Assembly (NCBI RefSeq): GCF_006345805.1
Contig: NW_021832264.1
Coordinates: 1-61,975, forward strand
DNA: 61,975 nt
Reading direction: 5' to 3'
Origin: Octopus sinensis
Taxonomy: Eukaryota
Both the position numbers and the translations under genes were made by a program. Below the pieces are notes generated by a model. It did no database searches, was not told the origin of the DNA, and saw nothing but the letters and a program-made list of their open reading frames with translations. Positions 55,386-61,975 of the stretch are shown one piece after another (the first letter of the stretch is position 1; every line of letters starts with the position of its first letter).

Positions 55386-56862
55386 CATCACCACCACATC
55401 ACTGGTGCTACTACTACTACTACTACTACGACTACTACTACTAAGTCTACAACTATAGTAACAACATCAACAACCACCAACCACCAACACCAATACCACC
55501 AACACCAACAACACAACAACAGCAGCAAAACAACAACACCAACTGCTACTACCACTACTACTACTACATCTACTACTACTAATATTACGACGACGACGAT
55601 GATGGTGACGTCAACAACGAGGACATCAAAACAACAACAGCAAGAAAAAAGACGACGATGATGTTACCACAACAAAAACGATAACAACCACGTTATCATC
55701 ATTATCATTACCATCATCACCATCATCATCATTATCATCACCATCATCATCATCATCATCGTCATCATCGTCGTCGTCATCATCGTTATCATCATCGTCA
55801 CATCATCATTATCATCACCATTATCATCATCATCATCATCATCATCGTCGTCGTCGTCATCATCATCATCATCGTCACATCATCATTATCATCACCATTA
55901 TCATCATCATCATCATCATCATCGTCGTCGTCGTCGTCGTCGTCATCATCGTCATCATCATCGTCACATCATCATTATCATCACCATCATCATCATCATC
56001 ATCATCGTCGTCGTCATCATTGTCATCATCATCATCATCGTCATCATCGTTATCATCATCGTCACATCATCATTATCATCACCATTATCATCATCATCAT
56101 CATCATCATCGTCGTCGTCGTCGTCGTCGTCGTCATCATCGTCATCATCATCGTCACATCATCATTATCATCACCATCATCTCATCATCATCATCATCGT
56201 CGTCGTCATCATCGTCATCATCATCATCATCATCATCAACATCATCATCATCATCATCGTCGTCGTCGTCATCAACATCAAAACAGCAGCAGCAGCAGCA
56301 GCAAAAACCACCACCACCACAACAACAACAACAACAACAACAATTACCACAGCAATAACAGCCACAACGACTACCACGCGAGAAAGCAACTTTCAGCTGC
56401 AGGAGGTGCAGCTGCAACAACAGCAGCAACAACAGCAACAACAACAAACAGAAATAAATAACTACGACCATGGCGACGAAGAGCGGCATCAGATGCAGGT
56501 GCAGCAACTGCAATAACAGAAACGGCAACAACAACAACAACAACAACAGCAACAGCAACTGCAACTGCAACTGCAACTGCAACAACAACAGGAACGGCCA
56601 CAGCAGTTAACAAACTGCAGCAGTTGCAAGCGCGACAGCAACACCAACAGCAACAGCAGCGAGACCGAAAACAGTGACAACTTCAGCAGCAGCAGCAACA
56701 ACATCTATAACAATAACAATAACAACAACAACACGACGACCACCACCACCGACAACAACAACAACAACAACAACAACAGCAGCAGATGCAGCGGCGGCGG
56801 CGGCAGTTAAACTGCAATAATAGTAACGACAGCTGCAACAGCAAACAGCAGCAGTTGCAATC

Positions 56863-56894
<32 letters not shown>

Positions 56895-57314
56895 CGATTG
56901 CGACAACAATAACAACAGAAAAATGAACAGCAGCAAGCAGCAGCAGGAGGGGCAGCGGCAGCAGCAGTGCCAAGCAGTTGCAATAACTGCATCAACTGCA
57001 GCAGAAAGCAGCATTAAAGCATCACTAAACTGCATTACTTGCAGCGATAGCAGTCCGCAGCAACAGCAACAACATCAACAGCAACAAAAATCTACTACTA
57101 CTACTACTACTACTACTATTACTAGTACTGCTGCTGCTGCTGCTGCTGCTGCTACTACTTATGTGCAGCGGCATCTGCAGCATCTGCAGCAAATATTATT
57201 TTTCAAAAATTGAAAATTTATGGTGAGACGAAAATCATCCAAAGCATTTAAGATATACTTGAAATACCTAAGTAGTATAATTCTTTAAGTATGTGCAAAT
57301 AGGTTTACACACAC

Positions 57315-57387
<73 letters not shown>

Positions 57388-57460
57388 TCACATACATACG
57401 CATCATATTTTACATATATATATATACATAATCCTTATTATTATCATATATGCATATATA

Positions 57461-57503
<43 letters not shown>

Positions 57504-57598
57504 TATATATAAATATATATATGCACACGCACACACACACATATATATGTGTGTGTATATATATATATCATGTTATACATATTTATATCATATGTATC

Positions 57599-57647
<49 letters not shown>

Positions 57648-57764
57648 AATCATACCTATCACAAAAAGGGATTATGCGTATGCTTATGTAGAAATATGTT
57701 GTGTTTATATACACGCAAACATGCACATACATGCACACAAATATCTACGTCATGTAAATCGGAG

Positions 57765-57795
<31 letters not shown>

Positions 57796-58249
57796 TGTAT
57801 GTGTGTATGTATGTATGTATGTATGTATGTATGATGGATGGATTGATGGATGGATGGATGAATGGATGGATGGATAGATGGATGAATGCCTGGCTGGCTG
57901 GCTGGATGAATGGATGGATCTATCTATCTGTATATCTATCTATCTATAGATAGATAGATAACGGGTGAAAATACCTTCAATATTTATACAAACATATGTA
58001 TGTATATATATACATACATATATATATATATATATATAATATATATATATTATATATATATATATATACTAACAAAGTAAATATTTTTATCATATATTTA
58101 TGTAAATGAAAGCAAATATTTGTTTATACATACATGCATACATATACATATATATATATATATATATAATATATATTATATATATATATTATATATATAT
58201 ATATATATATATCGAGATATCTCTAGATAGATAGATATCGAGATATCTC

Positions 58250-58346
<97 letters not shown>

Positions 58347-58360
58347 TGATAGATATATGG
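55140..58360. repeat. Microsatellite field (TTTG, CTA, CAT/CGT, CAG/CAA, CA, TA, TATG, GATG, GATA)
   Basis: Directly visible. Confidence 0.92.
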
Positions 58361-58840
58361 TTATGCAGTGTGTAGGTGTGGATAAAAAGTAAATAATTTC
58401 ATCTTTCTATGTTTAAAAAACATACTTAAAACCTCTCAATGTAAATAAACAATGTAGTTAAAGAACAATTCTCTCTCTCTCTCTTTCGGTCGAAATCATA
58501 TAGAACTCAACCAGTACATGCAAGTTATTGCCATCTTATTAATATGTATCTTGAAGTTCTACAAAGTTTGCTCCAATAATTCACCGGACATCATCTTAAA
58601 TGATGCTTGATATAAAACGACTCCTGAGTGTGTGGGTCGACGATCTGACTGACGTAATATACAGGAAAATATACAGCGATCATTAAAGGGGAAAGCTACA
58701 AAAAATATGAAAATATATTCTTATTTAATCTTCGATGGATTTATCGCCAAATGTTTACATGTGTGTATGTGTGTGTATGCGTGAATGTCGAATAGCGAGA
58801 ACGAGTGCTCAACACCACATTAGTGGATAAAGTTTAATAA

Positions 58841-58995
58841 GGCTACTGTTGGTTTCATGTTAAGAAAAATATCGTAATATCTTATGATGTTCGTCTCCCT
58901 TCGAAAATGGATACGAACATCATTCGTATCATGTGATCGGCGTGGAAAAGTAAGATATTAAGATATTTGTTCTTAACATGAAACCAATGGTAGCC
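58841..58995. mobile_element. MITE with ~45 bp TIRs (Kolobok-like)
   Basis: TAAGGCTACTGTTGGTTTCATGTTAAGAA versus reverse complement of 58970-58998 (27/29); flanks ATAA and TTAA. Confidence 0.8.
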
Positions 58996-59011
58996 TTAAT
59001 ACACAAATATA

Positions 59012-59202
59012 TAGGGAGAATTCACAATATAACAAAATACGAAGACAGGTGGTGTAGACAACAAACAGATGTATTAGTTTAACGCTCGGGAAGTGAAAAA
59101 GTCTTAACGTTTCGAGCCTACGCTCTTCCACAGAAAGGAACACAGAAAGAAACAAGGAGAGGAAATATAGAATGTGTAGTGGCTAGCGATCTATCATGGC
59201 GA
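59012..59202 (-). mobile_element. Third copy of the hammerhead-like mini-element
   Basis: Antisense CTGTGGA-A-GAGC-GTAG-GCTC-GAAAC-GTT; same ends as the 29299 copy. Confidence 0.72.
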
Positions 59203-59222
59203 ATATATGTATGTATGCATAT

Positions 59223-59283
<61 letters not shown>

Positions 59284-59725
59284 GTCTGTGTGTGTGTGTA
59301 GTACTTATTGTGTTTTAAGAAAGGGTTTTTTTCAGTCAGAAAGTATTTTATAATGTTTCTCTTTTTCTGAAAAACTTTTCAGTGTAAGACATGGAAAGCA
59401 ATGAGCAAATAGATCTCGCGTTAAGTAAGTCTACTTTTCAGGACGAAATATAAGACAGTCATTGCCAGGGTTGATTTCCGCGACCAGCCTTGAGCATCAG
59501 AGTTTTATAGGGAGTTTATTAGGGGCATATTAGTGAGTAAACAACTCCCACCAATAAACCACTTTATCAACCAAAGATAGAAAATTCATAATAGACACGA
59601 AGTTCACCGAATAATATAATCTTGAAACATAATGAATAATTGATTATTCTGGTTTCTGTTGATGATATACTGTGACAATTGTTCTTGAATAGTGTTGCAT
59701 ATCCAATAGCTAATTGTATCATAAC

Positions 59726-59795
59726 CTGCATTTGGAAGATAGCAGGTTGATAGGAAAATGACAAAAATAAAGACTGAAGCCGAGCGGTATTTCAT
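59726..59795 (-). CDS. Candidate signal-peptide first coding exon (weak)
   Basis: MKYRSASVFIFVIFLSTCYLPNA then CAG|GTTATG, a phase-1 donor. No homology recognised. Confidence 0.25.
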
Positions 59796-60535
59796 TTGCA
59801 GACATTTTGTTTATAATTTATTTTTTCACAACCATCGGAGCACGAAGCGAGTTCGTGAGATGGTTGTGATCTGTAAACAGTTTTGAGTAGGAACCGGAAA
59901 AAGAAGAATGAACGTGCAATGTGCATGTGAACACTCAATTTGTAAAACGGAAGACAAAAATAAACACGCAATACTCATGCCAAAATAAAGCGGGAAATAA
60001 AAAATAAAAATGCATTGTGAAGCAAGTTATATGATGGTTTTGCATGCCACGTCTGGACCACATTTACGCAGCTTTGCTACAATTTTCTTGTTACACATCT
60101 TTGTAATGAATAGACACTTTCTTTCTCGTTCGCCGCAATCAGCGCTGCTGAAAAAACAAAAGATTAAGAAATGCTTTTTGATCTTGTATTGGGCGAACAC
60201 TGACGCTATGTTTTTCTTTAAACCAGAGGTCAGTTAATTTGAAAGACATAATTCACTAACAATCAATGAATTATTACTATTCCAAGAAAATTTGATTGAA
60301 CATGTATACCAACATGTATATCAAGTGGTTTTGACCGGTTTTATGATTGGGTTTTAGTGCATTTCATTCATACAGTACATGAATAACTGGAAGACATCTT
60401 CAAACTCTGTTCATAAGTTAAATTTAAGGACAATGCACCTGCTCACCGAGATTGTCACCAACCTGTGTGAAACGATGGAATGATCCATGATCCAGTCAAT
60501 GGATAAAAGCATAATTGTAGCCTGAAAGAGATTAA

Positions 60536-60758
60536 CCCATTTAAACCCAGGTTAACCCTGTCAAAATTTTGAAGATTGTTACATAAATAGGGATAACAAA
60601 CTTACGGAAGCATCCAGTTAACCTCTATTACAGTAAATAAACCAAATAAAATGGTTAAATAAATACAACGAGCACTATTTTGCGCCCAGTTAACCTTTAT
60701 TTACAGTAAACAAGCCAAATACAACTGTCCTCAAACGAGGACAGTGGGTTAAGATGGG
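60536..60758. mobile_element. piggyBac-like MITE
   Basis: TTAA at 60532-60535 and 60759-60762; CCC...GGG ends; 12/14 TIR match; internal direct repeat and hairpin ACTGTCCTC-AAAC-GAGGACAGT. Confidence 0.8.
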
Positions 60759-61975
60759 TTAAACCAACGAAGACCTGGTCGTGGTAAAAGAGAACGATCC
60801 TAGAGATGATATAAAAAAAACATATCTGCAATTTTCAATCTAGCACATTCATGGAAGGAATTAAAGACTAGAATTGCTCAAGAATGAGGAATATAATTTG
60901 AAGAATTCCCGACAAGTGATTTTCATCAGATACTTTAGAGAGAAAAATGAAACTGATATTTCAGAAAACAAAGTTAGAACCTGACTAAAAGACACACGGA
61001 ATGATACCGGACAGCAAGTGTCGACGGGGGAAATAATGGATGAAGTCTTCATTGGTTAGATTATAAGACGTTTTGGCGTAGCCGTTTTGGTGTCGCCTAT
61101 TTGGCATTGCTGATTCGGCGCTGATTTCTTTGAGACGAGACGTTTTAATGTTTCTTTCATTATAATGTTTCTCGTATTCTTTTCCTATTATCTGTCCCCT
61201 CCTCTCTCTCTTTCTGTTTACGTGTGAGAGCATCTAGTTCTGCTTGTATGTACTATGATGTCCCTGTTTCCCTCTCTTTTTCACACCCTCTTTATCTATT
61301 TGTATCTGTATATTGCTACGGTTGTGTTCTTGTGTGCGTGCGCGCGCATGTAAGTGCATGTGCATGCGCGCTTGTGTGTGTGCATGCGTACACACACGCG
61401 TGTTCGTCTCCTGCACCAAAACGTGATTTCATCAAAAATCAGACTGAAAACCCGGTCAACTGCGCCACATCGTCAGCAGCCAAACAGCCGCGCCTAATCG
61501 TTTCATTCCATCATTTGACAGCAAAAATTCTGAAGAGGATAAAGACGACAAACCATCAGCAAGAAACCTAAGCTCTTTGTTATATGAGAATCCGTTGTTA
61601 ACGTCTTTTCGTGCATTGCCTTGTCAGCAGAAACTGATGTTCAGCTAATATTCTCAGTGTCTCACAGCCTTAAGGGAATTCATATTCTGAAAGTAGCATC
61701 ACTAAGGTAAGCGACTGAAACGCGATTCATTCTTCAACCGAATTCGCCCCAAACCTCATGCATTTGTCTAATCTACTGAGTGATATCGATGTCCAATCTG
61801 TAGTTGATTAGTATGTAAACCGGCCATATCCGGTCGAAATATTCTACCTGGTTTATCTTAAAACTGGTTAGATACGCTCTTTCATAGCCACTTTATAAAT
61901 GTCATTTAAAAAACAATCAATCACATTTATTGAAATCTTAAAGTCATGAAATAATGCGTGATTAATTTAAAACGG

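Noticed and set aside
56280-57190. Poly-glutamine coding exon
   Set aside because: A degenerate CAN-triplet tract; the Gln frame is broken by TAA/TGA stops and frameshifts.
58209-58260. Tandem 26-mer containing the palindrome GAGATATCTC
   Set aside because: Readily produced by slippage at a (TA)n/(GATA)n junction.

Overview
AT-rich, microsatellite-saturated eukaryotic DNA. The SINE families and microsatellite load best fit an octopod cephalopod such as Octopus; this is recognition of repeat families, not a database result. No intact host gene is visible, and nearly every supplied ORF is a low-complexity artefact. The window is a mosaic of mobile DNA. (1) Four tRNA-derived SINE groups, named A-D here, with modular head/tail swaps. 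(2) Non-LTR retrotransposon remnants: CR1-like, two restriction-like-endonuclease R4/Dong-type fragments, a 5'-inverted RTE plus an inverted second copy, and a tandemly duplicated Tx1/L1 fragment. (3) A ~3.9 kb Penelope-like element (PLE) with pseudo-LTRs and an unusually long insertion between RT motifs A and B'. (4) Four ~200 bp elements carrying minimal hammerhead-ribozyme-like motifs. (5) A decayed DD35E Tc1-type transposase. (6) A hAT remnant, a non-autonomous Helitron, several MITEs, a 161 bp tandem array and two long hairpins. Two weak minus-strand exon candidates and a plus-strand bias of several retroelement families hint that the window may be intronic to a minus-strand gene; this is inference only. 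SINE and microsatellite boundaries are approximate.
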